Counted from the stretch's first letter, positions 8,607-19,563 are shown. The stretch: 64,000 nt of DNA from Pseudomonadota bacterium (GCA_043825875.1 JBDRRF010000049.1:1-64000); one strand, 5' to 3'. Numbers and translations are program-made. Notes: generated by a model from the letters alone, not told the origin.

Positions 8607-9590
8607 ATGATGGCACAAATTTCATTTGGACAGGCAGTAAATAACGCACTTGATTTGGCAATGAGTATGGATGAATCGGTTTTTATTGCAGGAGAAGGAG
8701 TTGGAACTTCGATTCATTATGATCCCAACATGCCTACTCACGGCCTTCTTGATAAATATGGCCCCAAAAGAGTAAAGGATACCCCTGTTAGCGAAGCAGC
8801 TATTGCAGGTTTGGCAGTAGGAGCTTCATGTATGGGCCTGCGTCCTGTGGTAGAAATCATGTTTCTGCCGTTTATTACACTTGCAACAGATATGCTTGTT
8901 AATCACGCAGGTAAATTAAGATATTTAAGCGGCGGAAAATCAAGTTTTCCCTTAACGGTACGTGTTAAGGCTGGGGTAAGTTTTTCTGCGGGTTGTCAGC
9001 ATTCACATAATCTGGAGGCATGGCTTGCCCACAGTCCCGGACTTAAGGTTGTTTTTCCTTCTACTGCAAAAGATGCAAAAGGGATGCTCTTAAGCGCTAT
9101 ATTTGATCCAAACCCGGTAATCGTAATTGAGGAAATGGGACTTTATTGGGCAAAAGGCGAGGTTCCCGAAGGTGATTATCGCGTGCCGCTTGGAAAAGCC
9201 AGAATAGCTATGGAAGGCAGTGACTGCACTATAGTATCATATGGAGGGGCGATATTTACCGCATTGGAAGCAGCAGCAATTTTAGCTAAAGAGAACATTT
9301 CATCTGAAATAATAGATTTAAGAAGTCTTGTTCCGCTTGATAGAGATTGTCTCTTAAACTCGGTTAAAAAAACCGGCAGGCTGGTAGTTTTGCATGATGC
9401 AACCAAATTCGGAGGTTTCGGGGCGGAAATAGCTGCAATAGTTGCAGAAGATGCTTTTGATTTTCTTAAAGCGCCAATTAAAAGAGTGGCTGCTCCAGAT
9501 ATTCCTGTTCCTTTTTCACCACCTCAGGAAAAGTTTTATAAGCCAAGCGCAGATATGGTTGTTGATGCTGTTAAATCCATTATAGGATAA
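8607..9590 (+). CDS. 2-oxoacid/acetoin dehydrogenase E1 beta subunit
   Basis: DTPVSEAAIAG, RPVVEIMF, QHS, PGLKVV.P, IDLRSL.PLD, SVKKTGRL. Confidence 0.9.
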   Translation: MMAQISFGQAVNNALDLAMSMDESVFIAGEGVGTSIHYDPNMPTHGLLDKYGPKRVKDTPVSEAAIAGLAVGASCMGLRPVVEIMFLPFITLATDMLVNHAGKLRYLSGGKSSFPLTVRVKAGVSFSAGCQHSHNLEAWLAHSPGLKVVFPSTAKDAKGMLLSAIFDPNPVIVIEEMGLYWAKGEVPEGDYRVPLGKARIAMEGSDCTIVSYGGAIFTALEAAAILAKENISSEIIDLRSLVPLDRDCLLNSVKKTGRLVVLHDATKFGGFGAEIAAIVAEDAFDFLKAPIKRVAAPDIPVPFSPPQEKFYKPSADMVVDAVKSIIG

Positions 9591-9605
9591 TAGGGCAGGG
9601 GACTT

Positions 9606-10709
9606 TTGAAAATATCAAAACTTTTTGTAGATGAAAGCGTAATTGATTTACCTGTTACAATGTCCATATTGTCACGATTGAATATGCAATATGAAACAGT
9701 TAATAATCCCGGCAGTGTGTATGATTTTATTGCAACTTGTGAACACCCAATACGAATTGCCAAAGAAACTCTTTTTATAACAAAAAATAAAGGAGCTTTT
9801 ATAAGAGATTGTCCTGGAACAAGCTGTTATACATGTTGCGGTTACAAGATTTTACATATCGGAACTTTTTGCAGTATGGACTGTTCATATTGTATTCTTC
9901 AGTCATATTTTCATCCTCCGGTTTTACAGTTTTTTGTTAATCATGAAGATATGACAAAAGAGATAAATTTGCTTTTTGAAAATAATAGCATTTCCAGGGT
10001 TGGAACCGGTGAGTTTACAGACAGTTTGATATGGGAAAGCCTGATGGATTTTTCCGGTATGTTGGTAAAAAAATTTTCAAAGCAGAATAGGGCGGTTCTT
10101 GAACTAAAAACAAAAACAATAAACATCAAGTTTTTAAAAGAGCTATCCCATAACCGTAAAACGATAGTATCATGGTCGTTAAACACCGAAAAAGTAATAA
10201 GAGAAGAAGAACGCAAAACATCATCACTTAATGCAAGGCTTGAAGCGGCAGCCTTGTGTGAGTCATGGGGATATCCTGTTGGCTTTCATTTTGATCCTGT
10301 AATTATTTATGATGGTTGTGAAGAAGAATATAAGCAAGTTATCCAAAAAATATTTTCATATGTATCCCCCGATAACATTGTATGGATAAGCATAGGTACA
10401 TTCAGATTTATTCCTCCTCTTAAAAATATAATAAAAGACAGATTCTTTGGTTCAAAAATAGCCTATGGTGAATTTATTACAGGTCTTGATGGTAAAATGA
10501 GATATTTCAAACCGCTAAGAATTGATATTTATAAAAAAATGGTTGGTTGGATAAAAGAAATTGCTCCTGATGTTCTTGTTTATTTTTGCATGGAAGACGA
10601 TGAGGTCTGGGAAAAATCAACAGGATTCATTCCGGAAAAATACGGCGGGTTATCTGCATTGCTTGATAGGAGTGCTGTAATACACTGCGGGCTGCAAAGC
10701 GAACAGTAG
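9606..10709 (+). CDS. Spore photoproduct lyase-like radical SAM protein
   Basis: CSMDCSYC, GTGEFTDSL, LELKTK, SWSLN, GFHFDP, YFCME. Confidence 0.8.
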   Translation: MKISKLFVDESVIDLPVTMSILSRLNMQYETVNNPGSVYDFIATCEHPIRIAKETLFITKNKGAFIRDCPGTSCYTCCGYKILHIGTFCSMDCSYCILQSYFHPPVLQFFVNHEDMTKEINLLFENNSISRVGTGEFTDSLIWESLMDFSGMLVKKFSKQNRAVLELKTKTINIKFLKELSHNRKTIVSWSLNTEKVIREEERKTSSLNARLEAAALCESWGYPVGFHFDPVIIYDGCEEEYKQVIQKIFSYVSPDNIVWISIGTFRFIPPLKNIIKDRFFGSKIAYGEFITGLDGKMRYFKPLRIDIYKKMVGWIKEIAPDVLVYFCMEDDEVWEKSTGFIPEKYGGLSALLDRSAVIHCGLQSEQ

Positions 10710-10757
10710 ATATTTTCATTTCTACTTCCGCTTGACCCCCCGACTCCTTGAATCCTA

Positions 10758-11537
10758 TCAGAATCCAAAATTTGCTATCAAAGGATAGTGATCGGATGGA
10801 TATCTGCCCGAAAATTTGTTTGTGATAACTTGTGCATTATTAGCTATTAAATTCCCGCTATATAAAATCCAATCTATGGCATTTTCATTACTTTTTCCGG
10901 TAAAACCATGGCTAGTACCGATACAGGGTTCTTCAAATGCGTTGAAAAATTTCGGACGCCCATCAATTTTCAAAGTAAATTCCAAATAGCATGCGCTGTC
11001 TGATGTTGAATTAAAATCACCCATCAAAATTATCGGTCCTTTTCCTGCATGACGGTGCAAACGTTTTCGTATCAATTGAGCGCTTTTAATCTGTACATCA
11101 GACTCGAAATCAAAATGGGTGTTTACTACAATCAAATTATGCCTGCCGTTATTGAAGATACCTAACGTACACTGCCGTGGCCATTTACTTCCACGAAATC
11201 GGCTGGGTATATGAGGAGTTGTACTTAAATAAAAATGATTACAATAAACACATTGCCAGCATTTATTATAAAAAATTACATTATTTTGCCAACGTGCCGG
11301 AGCCGGATTCCTTTGACCTATATAATTGTGATTGGGCAAAAGATCTGACAAAAAATCAATCTGGAAATCATTAGCCTCCTGAAAGGCGTAAAAATCATTT
11401 TCAAAAGCCAATAAAAGAGGCCTAAAGGAATCTTTTCGGTGTATCCAATTATTTTCCCCATCTTCTGCAAAACCGAATCTAAGATTAAAACTCATGACCG
11501 AAACAGAGAGCGTGCTAGGTAAAATAGTATTATTCAT
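10758..11537 (-). CDS. Endonuclease/exonuclease/phosphatase family protein
   Basis: MSFNLR, FQE, NTHFD, GDFN, IDWI, SDHYP. Confidence 0.9.
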   Translation of the reverse strand: MNNTILPSTLSVSVMSFNLRFGFAEDGENNWIHRKDSFRPLLLAFENDFYAFQEANDFQIDFLSDLLPNHNYIGQRNPAPARWQNNVIFYNKCWQCVYCNHFYLSTTPHIPSRFRGSKWPRQCTLGIFNNGRHNLIVVNTHFDFESDVQIKSAQLIRKRLHRHAGKGPIILMGDFNSTSDSACYLEFTLKIDGRPKFFNAFEEPCIGTSHGFTGKSNENAIDWILYSGNLIANNAQVITNKFSGRYPSDHYPLIANFGF

Positions 11538-11676
11538 TAAAAAATCCTGGTTATTGTTTAAAATTTCTTTTTATATATTTGAACAACTGTTATTATAAAA
11601 AAATAATCATAAGCATTATCAAGCCTGAAAAATTTTATAGCATTCCCCATATACCCTTTCAAAGGAAAAATATGAA

Positions 11677-12318
11677 ATGATAAAAACTTTAAAAATATAC
11701 TATCCTATTATTGGTTGTCTTTTTTTGATTTTATGCGTGGGCAATTATGCATATTGCTCCGAGCTATACGAAGTGAAATGGGTGGATGACGGCGATACTA
11801 TCGTTTTAAAAGACGGTAGAAAAGTTCGCTACATCGGTATAAACGCTCCTGAAATTGAGCATGAAGATAATAAAGCAGAACCTTATGCTTACAAGGCAAA
11901 ACAATTTAATAAAAATCTGGTGTATTTAAAAAAAGTTCGTCTGGAGTTTGATGATGAAAAATATGATAAATATGGACGGGTGCTTGCTTATGTATATTTA
12001 TCTGACGGAACTTTTGTTAATAATGAAATGATTGATAAAGGGTTTGCTTTTTGTCTGCCGATAGAGCCAAATTTAAAATATGAAAAGCTTTTTTTAAAAT
12101 CTCAGCAAAATGCCATGAGTTTAAAAACAGGGATTTGGCAAAATTGGAAAGATAGCAACAGTGAGTATGTCGCAAATATAAAATCTAAAAGATTTCATAA
12201 AAACAAATGCTGGTTTGCCGGTAAAATAAACAAAAGAAATATTAAATATTTCAATACGAAGTGGGATGCTTTTTGGGAAGGTTTTGCTCCGTGCAAGAAA
12301 TGCTTTATGGATAGATAA
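11677..12318 (+). CDS. Exported thermonuclease (SNase) with C-terminal Ada-like Zn domain
   Basis: DGDT, VRYIGINAPE, DKYGRVLAYV; C-terminal FH...C...PCKKC. Confidence 0.88.
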   Translation: MIKTLKIYYPIIGCLFLILCVGNYAYCSELYEVKWVDDGDTIVLKDGRKVRYIGINAPEIEHEDNKAEPYAYKAKQFNKNLVYLKKVRLEFDDEKYDKYGRVLAYVYLSDGTFVNNEMIDKGFAFCLPIEPNLKYEKLFLKSQQNAMSLKTGIWQNWKDSNSEYVANIKSKRFHKNKCWFAGKINKRNIKYFNTKWDAFWEGFAPCKKCFMDR

Positions 12319-12377
12319 AGACTGATTTTTGTTAAGGAACTTTTGCTAAGATATCAGAATATAAAAAGGGGTGAATC

Positions 12378-14414
12378 ATGACAAGAAAAGAAGTTTCAGA
12401 AACATCTGAAGCACAAATTGCTGTACACTGGCAGGAAGAAGAATATTATTATCCTTCCCCAAAATTTATTGCCCAGGCAAATATGACAGATGATAAGATC
12501 TATGATCGTTTCAGCCTTGATAATTTTCCAAACTGCTACAAGGAATATGCAGATCTTCTTGACTGGTATGAATACTGGCATACAATTCTTGACACAAGCG
12601 ATGCTCCCTGCTGGAAATGGTTTGCAGGTGGAAAAATAAATGCCAGCTATAATTGCATTGACAGGCATTTGCCGAAAAATAAAAACAAAACAGCTATTCA
12701 TTTTGTGCCTGAACTGGAAAATGAAAAAGCTGAACATATTACGTATCAGGAATTATATGTACGAGTTAATGAACTTGCGGCGCTTTTGCAGGATTTTGCC
12801 GGTCTTAAAGCAGGAGACAGAGTAACGCTTCATATGCCAATGACCGCAGATCTTCCTATTACAATGCTTGCATGCGCAAGGCTTGGTGTTATCCATTCGG
12901 AAGTTTTTGGCGGATTCAGTGGCAGGGCTGCTGCGGATAGAGTGGTTGATTCGGGAAGCAGGGTGTTGATTACTATTGATTCTTATTACAGAAGCGGGAC
13001 TCTTATTGACCATAAAGAAAAAGCTGATATCGCAGTTGAAGCAGCAGGAAAAGAAGGACAGGTTGTTGATAAGGTCCTGGTGTGGCAACGATATCACGGC
13101 AAATATTCTTCATCTATTCCTATGGTTGAAGGGCGTGATTTTTTTGTAAATGACCTTTTAAAGAAATATTATGGCAAAAGAATAGATCCAGTTCCCATGC
13201 CGGCTGAGGCTCCACTGTTTCTCATGTACACGAGTGGCACAACAGGAAAACCAAAAGGCTGCCAACACAGTACAGGAGGATATCTTGCATATGCTGCCGG
13301 TACATCAAAATATGTTCAGGATATTCATCCCGAAGATGTTTACTGGTGCATGGCCGATATAGGCTGGATTACCGGGCATTCCTACATTGTTTACGGACCC
13401 CTTGCCCTGTGTGCTTCAACGGTAATTTATGAAGGCGTACCAACATATCCTGATCCGGGACGCTGCTGGAGAATAGCCCAGGATCTTGACGTGAATATAT
13501 TCCATACGGCTCCAACTCTTATCCGTACTTTAAGAAAAGTCGGTCCTGACGAACCGGCAAAGTATAACTATGAGTTTAAACATATGACAACCGTGGGTGA
13601 GCCTATAGAGCCTGAGGTATGGAAATGGTATTACAAAGTGGTGGGTAAAAACAAAGCAGTAATTGTTGACACCTGGTGGCAAACAGAAACCGGAGGTTTT
13701 TTATGTGCTACATTGCCTGCTATAAAACCAATGAAGCCGGGAAGTGCCGGACCGGGCATGCCGGGAATACATCCGATTATCTATGATGAAGATGGAAAAG
13801 TACTTCCCGAAGGAGCCGGAAAAGCAGGAAATATATGCATACAAAATCCATGGCCCGGTGCTTTTCAGACAATTTGGGGAAATCGCGACAGATATGTCAG
13901 TACATACTATGAAAAGTATTGCAAGAATAAATACAGTAAAGACTGGCGGGATTGGCCGTATATTTCGGGAGATGCCGCAGTAGATGCTCCTGATGGTTAC
14001 TACCGTATATTGGGCAGAATGGATGATGTAATTAATGTATCCGGGCACAGACTCGGAACAAAAGAGCTCGAATCTGCGGCTTTAACTGTTTTTGAAGTTG
14101 CTGAAGCTGCGGTGGTTCCTGTAAATGATGAAATTAAGGGCAAAGTACCTGATTTGTATGCAGCATTGAAAACCGATTTTAAGCCAACCGCTGAACTTGA
14201 AAAAAAGATTTCCGATGCCTTATCTTCAGAAATTGGACCTATAGCAAAACCGAGAAAAGTATGGATTGTTCCTGATATGCCGAAAACCCGTTCAGGAAAA
14301 ATAATGAGACGTGTATTAAGTGCAATTTCAAACAAAAAAGAAGTCGGGGATGTGATGACGCTTGCTAACCCTGAAATTGTTGAAGTGATTACAAAAATGG
14401 TTCAAAAATATTAA
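12378..14414 (+). CDS. acs: Acetyl-CoA synthetase (AMP-forming)
   Basis: YTSGTTGKPKG, DTWWQTETGG, GRMDDVINVSGHRLG, PKTRSGKIMRR. Confidence 0.95.
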   Translation: MTRKEVSETSEAQIAVHWQEEEYYYPSPKFIAQANMTDDKIYDRFSLDNFPNCYKEYADLLDWYEYWHTILDTSDAPCWKWFAGGKINASYNCIDRHLPKNKNKTAIHFVPELENEKAEHITYQELYVRVNELAALLQDFAGLKAGDRVTLHMPMTADLPITMLACARLGVIHSEVFGGFSGRAAADRVVDSGSRVLITIDSYYRSGTLIDHKEKADIAVEAAGKEGQVVDKVLVWQRYHGKYSSSIPMVEGRDFFVNDLLKKYYGKRIDPVPMPAEAPLFLMYTSGTTGKPKGCQHSTGGYLAYAAGTSKYVQDIHPEDVYWCMADIGWITGHSYIVYGPLALCASTVIYEGVPTYPDPGRCWRIAQDLDVNIFHTAPTLIRTLRKVGPDEPAKYNYEFKHMTTVGEPIEPEVWKWYYKVVGKNKAVIVDTWWQTETGGFLCATLPAIKPMKPGSAGPGMPGIHPIIYDEDGKVLPEGAGKAGNICIQNPWPGAFQTIWGNRDRYVSTYYEKYCKNKYSKDWRDWPYISGDAAVDAPDGYYRILGRMDDVINVSGHRLGTKELESAALTVFEVAEAAVVPVNDEIKGKVPDLYAALKTDFKPTAELEKKISDALSSEIGPIAKPRKVWIVPDMPKTRSGKIMRRVLSAISNKKEVGDVMTLANPEIVEVITKMVQKY

Positions 14415-14473
14415 ATAAAGGGTTCAAGGAATAGCCCATAACTTAATAATCATATAATATAAGGACTATATTT

Positions 14474-16360
14474 TTGAATTTATCTATTTTTGCTATTATC
14501 AATACTTTTTGTTCTTTTGTGGGTTGGGGTTGGATGATAAGTTATTCTTTCAGGTTTCAATCTTTTCCCGGCTTTGGGTTGCTTGCAGGCTGGGGGATGG
14601 CTTTTCTTGCTGTTTGTGGGGGGGTATTAAATATATTTAATATCATTTCTCCCCAAATTATAACAGCTATGTTTTTCATTGGGCAAATCTTTTTTGTAGT
14701 ACTACTTTATACAAAAAGAAATTTTGTTAAAGAATGGTTTTTAACTATTAATCTAAATAAATGTCAAAGTTACATTTATTTAACTCTCTTTATTTTATTA
14801 GGAGTAGTGTTGATACTATTCTTACTTTCTGCTAATGGCCATTTCTTTAATGAACATGATGATTTCCATGCATATCTTGTTTATCCGTATAAAATGCTCC
14901 AAACCGGCTCATTGGGCATAGAACCTTTTAATGAAAGAAGATTAGGTATTTATGGTGGATTGAGTTTTCTTCAGACAATGATCATTGGCGTTTTTAATAT
15001 CCATCAGCCGCACTTAATGGAGACCGGCCTAAGCTGGGTTATTATTATTGCTCTTATTCTGGGATATGGCAGACAAAAAAACTGGATTATTTTTATAATA
15101 ATAGCATTTCTTTTGCACTTTGTAAAAATGCCATCGGTAAACAGTTCAAGTCTTTTGTCAGGGAGTGCCCTTTTTCTAACCATAATTATAAGTTATAAAT
15201 TTCTTCAAAAAGAAAACATAAACGCAAGAATTTTTATTATTTCAGTGGCAGCAGCCGGTCTTTGCTCTTTAAAGAGTTCCTTTATTCCAGCTTGTGGATT
15301 GATACTGCTCTTGCTTTTCCTGTTTGCCAGAGAGAAAGCAATACCAATAAAATATCGGATTGGCGATACTATTCTAATCGGCATTTTAGTTATTTTCTTT
15401 CTTTTACCATGGATGATCGCTATGCATCAAAGTAATGCAACATTTTTATATCCTCTTTTAGGCAATGGTATTCATGGTAGTACTTACAGTAGTTTTCCAC
15501 ATAATACCTGCGGCAGTTTCAATGCTATTAGTCTAAAAATAGGTTTTCGTCACTTGTTTATTGAAAATCCTTTTTTACTGAGTATGGTTTTACTTGGTTT
15601 GTCATTATTTAAAAGAGGGAAGAATTCTGTTCAATTTAAAATTGGACTCTCTGTTTTTATCGGGTCTTGGCCTTTTATTTTTATGCTTTATATTATTTCC
15701 GGCGGAATTTCACGATATACATTTCCTATTTCCTTTGCGGTGATCCTTTTTCAGCTATGCGATTTCTTTTATGACGTACATACTATTCAATATCGAATTG
15801 CAGTCTTTAATAAAGCAAGGTTTAATATACTGGTATTAATTTTTTCATTTATATTAATTTTTTCAACCTTCGGCTGGAGGAGTTGGCAAAGAGATAAGGA
15901 AGCTATTACACATCCTAAATCGGCCTGGAACGAAAAATACGCTCAACAGATCCGAAAAGCACAACAAACAGTACCTAAAGGCACTCCCTTGTTGTCACGT
16001 GTATCTATGGCACATATGTTGGATTTTACCCATAACCAGGTTTTCACTGTTGACTGGCCCGGAGGATCAGGACCAGCACCGGGATTGCCTTGTTTTGGAA
16101 AAGCCGAAGAACTGGTTGAATATCTTTTGCAGCATAATATCCGCTATATCATTTATTCATATGGAGATGAATCAGGCCATTCGCGTAAAAAATATCAACA
16201 TAGGTTAAGATTCCCTGGCTGGTATATGTTTGGACGCGTTAAAAAACTAGCAGAATATAGTTTTGCCTTTCAAGATAGATTGGTTGAGCTAAAAAACAAA
16301 TATAAAAATCTTTATCATGATAAACGGTTTGTGGTTATTGATATTTCAATAGAAAAATAA
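14474..16360 (+). CDS. Polytopic membrane protein, possibly GT-C-fold glycosyltransferase-like
   Basis: Many TM segments, acidic NEHDD motif in an early loop, soluble C-terminal domain. Function is inferred only. Confidence 0.5.
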   Translation: MNLSIFAIINTFCSFVGWGWMISYSFRFQSFPGFGLLAGWGMAFLAVCGGVLNIFNIISPQIITAMFFIGQIFFVVLLYTKRNFVKEWFLTINLNKCQSYIYLTLFILLGVVLILFLLSANGHFFNEHDDFHAYLVYPYKMLQTGSLGIEPFNERRLGIYGGLSFLQTMIIGVFNIHQPHLMETGLSWVIIIALILGYGRQKNWIIFIIIAFLLHFVKMPSVNSSSLLSGSALFLTIIISYKFLQKENINARIFIISVAAAGLCSLKSSFIPACGLILLLLFLFAREKAIPIKYRIGDTILIGILVIFFLLPWMIAMHQSNATFLYPLLGNGIHGSTYSSFPHNTCGSFNAISLKIGFRHLFIENPFLLSMVLLGLSLFKRGKNSVQFKIGLSVFIGSWPFIFMLYIISGGISRYTFPISFAVILFQLCDFFYDVHTIQYRIAVFNKARFNILVLIFSFILIFSTFGWRSWQRDKEAITHPKSAWNEKYAQQIRKAQQTVPKGTPLLSRVSMAHMLDFTHNQVFTVDWPGGSGPAPGLPCFGKAEELVEYLLQHNIRYIIYSYGDESGHSRKKYQHRLRFPGWYMFGRVKKLAEYSFAFQDRLVELKNKYKNLYHDKRFVVIDISIEK

Positions 16361-16403
16361 GGGTGGAATATACCCATTACACTATGAAAAAAGAGTATGA
16401 AAT

Positions 16404-16439
16404 AAAAAAGGCATTGTCACATACAGTATGTGACAATGC
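16404..16439 (-). terminator. Intrinsic terminator downstream of fusA
   Basis: Perfect 14-bp inverted repeat GCATTGTCACATAC-A-GTATGTGACAATGC (16411-16439) followed by a U-run on the minus strand. Confidence 0.7.
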
Positions 16440-16605
16440 AGATTCCACATATGTGTTTGGCTATTATATCTCCCAAATAATATTTACAAACAACTATAAT
16501 TGACTACCTGATTAGAAATCGAGGTCACATTTCTTAGGCCAAGAGCGATATATTATTAATCTGCTACCTGAACATTTAGTGCAGAGCAAGCCAGTAGCGA
16601 TGATT

Positions 16606-18675
16606 TTACTCTTTTTCCTTATTTGCCTCTTCAATAACTTTTTCTGCAATCTGAGCCGGGACTTCGTCAAGATGAGAAAATTCCATGGCGTAAATACCGC
16701 GGCCTCCAGTCATTGATCTTAAGTCAGGCTCATAAGTAAGAAATTCAGACATCGGAACATTAGCGATAATTATTTGATTTTTACCGGCTGAGTCCATACC
16801 AAGAACTCTGCCTCTTCTGCTGTTTAGATTACCCATTATATCGCCCATGTATTCTTCAGGAGTTGTAATAGTAACTTTCATGATTGGTTCAAGGAGAACC
16901 GGCTTTGCTTCTAAAACAGCTTTTTTAAATGCGAGTGAGCCTGCAACTTTAAAAGCCATTTCCGATGAATCAACAGCATGAAATGATCCATCATCTAAAG
17001 TTACCTTGAAATCAACACATGGAAATCCTGCGAGAACACCTCTTTGAGCAGACTCTATTATACCTTTTTCAACAGCAGGAATATATTGTTTAGGAATAGC
17101 TCCGCCTACAATTGAATCAACAAATTCAAAGCCACTGCCTTTTGGCAAAGGTTCCATCTGAATCCAGCAATCACCAAACTGGCCATGACCACCGGATTGT
17201 TTTTTATGCCTGCCCTGAACTCTGACTTTTTTCTTGATCGTTTCTTTGTATGGAACTTTTGGGGTATCAAGTTGGGTGTCAACATTGAATTTTCGTTTTA
17301 ATTTTTCAACCACAACTTCAATATGAACCTGTCCTCGTCCTGAAAGAAGTATTTCCTTTGTTTCGGCATTTCGTTCCAGCTTTAAAGCAATATCTTCTTC
17401 CAATATTTTTGATAATGAGATAAATATCTTATCTTCTTCTCCCTTAACTTTTGATCCAACTGCAAAAGAAATTAAACTCGGAAGAGGTTTGGCGCACTCA
17501 AATTTTATTTTATTGGATTCATCACATAATGTATCGCCTGTTGCAGTTTCTTTCAGTTTGGCAACGGTAACAATTTCTCCGGGACCGGCTTCAGTTATGG
17601 GTTTTTGCTCCTTTCCTGCAATAACAAGAAGTTGGTTATATCGCTCCCTTGAAGACTTATTCATGTTGTAAAAATTTCCGCTTTCACCAAGTGTGCCTGA
17701 CACTATTTTCATTATTGAAAGGCGTCCGGCATAGGGGTCAGCAACCGTTTTAAAAACAAATGCCGAAAAAGGAGCGGCAGGATCAGGTTTGCGTTCGATT
17801 TCATTGCCTTTTGAATCCACACCTTTTCTGGGGGCAGTTTCAGCAGGTGAGGGCATGCAAGTTGAAACCAAATCCAGAAGAAGATCTATTCCTATGCCCT
17901 TAATAGCTGAACCGCATACAACTGGTACAAATGTTTTTGATATCGTGCCTTGTTTTAAAGCTGATTTGATTTCATCATCAGAAATATCCGTTCCTTCAAG
18001 ATATTTTTCAATAAGCGAGTCATCTGCTTCAGCAATGTTTTCAATAAGAGCTTCTTTCTCCTTGTTTGCATCTTCAAGCATATCCGCCGGTATGTCTCCG
18101 ATTGTGACTTTACCATCCGAATCATATATATACGACTTCATTGATATCAGATCCACAACTCCTTTAAATCCTGATTCAGAGCCTATTGGCATTTGGAGTA
18201 TTATCGGTTTCGGTTTAAAAATATCAGTGGCATCTTTGAATGTGCGAAAAAAATCCGCCCTTTCGCGGTCGAGCTTATTGATGAATATAATACGTGGAAG
18301 TCCAAATTGATCGGCATAATCCCATGCCATTTCTGTTTGCACTTTAACTCCGTCAACTGCATCAACAACTACAACAGCTCCGTCTACAGCTTGCATGCAG
18401 TTGATTGTATCTGTGAAAAAATTTTGATCCCCCGGAGTATCAATAAGTGAAATGATGTTCTTTTTCCAGTTAAGTGTATGAAATCCGCTGCTGATGCTTA
18501 TAAGCCTTTTTAATTCTTCAGGCTCAAAATCCATAGCGGTATTTCCGTCTTCCACACGGCAAAGCCTTTTGATAATACCTGTTTTAAATAATATAACTTC
18601 AGATAAAGATGTTTTTCCGGAACTACCATGCCCAACAAGAGCAATATTTCTTAATTTATCTAACTTTTCACTCAT
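16606..18675 (-). CDS. fusA: Elongation factor G (EF-G2-type paralog)
   Basis: RNIALVGH.SSGKT, DTPG, NKLD, KKQSGGHGQFG, VDSSEMAF. Switch I reads KRLISI rather than RGITI. Confidence 0.9.
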   Translation of the reverse strand: MSEKLDKLRNIALVGHGSSGKTSLSEVILFKTGIIKRLCRVEDGNTAMDFEPEELKRLISISSGFHTLNWKKNIISLIDTPGDQNFFTDTINCMQAVDGAVVVVDAVDGVKVQTEMAWDYADQFGLPRIIFINKLDRERADFFRTFKDATDIFKPKPIILQMPIGSESGFKGVVDLISMKSYIYDSDGKVTIGDIPADMLEDANKEKEALIENIAEADDSLIEKYLEGTDISDDEIKSALKQGTISKTFVPVVCGSAIKGIGIDLLLDLVSTCMPSPAETAPRKGVDSKGNEIERKPDPAAPFSAFVFKTVADPYAGRLSIMKIVSGTLGESGNFYNMNKSSRERYNQLLVIAGKEQKPITEAGPGEIVTVAKLKETATGDTLCDESNKIKFECAKPLPSLISFAVGSKVKGEEDKIFISLSKILEEDIALKLERNAETKEILLSGRGQVHIEVVVEKLKRKFNVDTQLDTPKVPYKETIKKKVRVQGRHKKQSGGHGQFGDCWIQMEPLPKGSGFEFVDSIVGGAIPKQYIPAVEKGIIESAQRGVLAGFPCVDFKVTLDDGSFHAVDSSEMAFKVAGSLAFKKAVLEAKPVLLEPIMKVTITTPEEYMGDIMGNLNSRRGRVLGMDSAGKNQIIIANVPMSEFLTYEPDLRSMTGGRGIYAMEFSHLDEVPAQIAEKVIEEANKEKE

Positions 18676-18807
18676 TTATACTCCTCTCTGCATCGTTTTT
18701 TAAATAAATTACATTTAATCTTATATCGTTATATTTATATTTAAAAAAAATCAAGCTCAAAAAAAACAGCATAAAACCATAATAGGATAAATTGGTTATT
18801 AATATTT

Positions 18808-19563
18808 TTATATTTCTGTTATATTGAGAAAATTCATGTAAATTAAAAATTCTTTGTTACCTTTGGGACCGGTTATAGGTGATGGCAAGATTCCAATTAT
18901 ATCGAATCCTGTGTTTAAAAAAAATTCTGACAGACTATTTATAACTTCAGTATGCAATAAAGCATCTTTTACTACACCGCCTTTTCCAACTTTTCCTTTT
19001 CCAACCTCAAATTGCGGCTTAATTAAAGCAACAATAAAAGCATTGGAGTTTAAAAATTTAAGAATAGCAGGAACAACTGTTTTTAATGATATGAATGAAA
19101 CATCTATGGTAACAAAATCAACAAGACAGCCAAGAATTTCCTGGTTCATATACCTTATGTTGGTTCGTTCAATAGGGACTACCCTCTTGTCTTGTCTTAA
19201 AACCCATGCCAGTTGGCCATAACCGACATCAACTGCGAAAACCTTTTTTGCGCCATGCTTAAGCAAACAATCTGTAAAGCCTCCGGTTGAAGCGCCAACG
19301 TCAAGGCATGCTAATTCATTTACATTAATCTTAAATTCCTTAAAAGCCGCTTCAAGCTTGATTCCGCCTCTGCTTACATACGGCATATCCGGTTCTCTAA
19401 GAGACAGAGTATCGGCCTTTGTGATCGTAAACCCCGGTTTATCCTGAATGCTCCCATTAACAAGTACTTTTCCTGCCATAATAATGCTTCTTGCTCTTTG
19501 CCTGCTTTGCGCCAGTCCGCATTCATGCATGGCAATGTCAAGTCGTTTCTTGTTTTCAGACAT
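18808..19563 (-). CDS. tlyA: TlyA rRNA 2'-O-methyltransferase
   Basis: S4 domain, YVSRGG.KL, DVGASTGGFTD, DVSFISL, KPQFE, GN.EF. Confidence 0.93.
   Translation of the reverse strand: MSENKKRLDIAMHECGLAQSRQRARSIIMAGKVLVNGSIQDKPGFTITKADTLSLREPDMPYVSRGGIKLEAAFKEFKINVNELACLDVGASTGGFTDCLLKHGAKKVFAVDVGYGQLAWVLRQDKRVVPIERTNIRYMNQEILGCLVDFVTIDVSFISLKTVVPAILKFLNSNAFIVALIKPQFEVGKGKVGKGGVVKDALLHTEVINSLSEFFLNTGFDIIGILPSPITGPKGNKEFLIYMNFLNITEI

Noticed and set aside
16411..16439. Perfect palindrome considered as a transcription-factor site
   Set aside because: It lies between convergent genes with an adjacent U-tract, so a terminator is the simpler explanation.
16440..16605. Intergenic regions scanned for tRNA, 6S RNA, tmRNA or riboswitches (also 3410-3657, 6510-6822, 38030-38326)
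   Set aside because: No recognisable conserved motif by eye; an Infernal/Rfam scan would be needed to exclude them.
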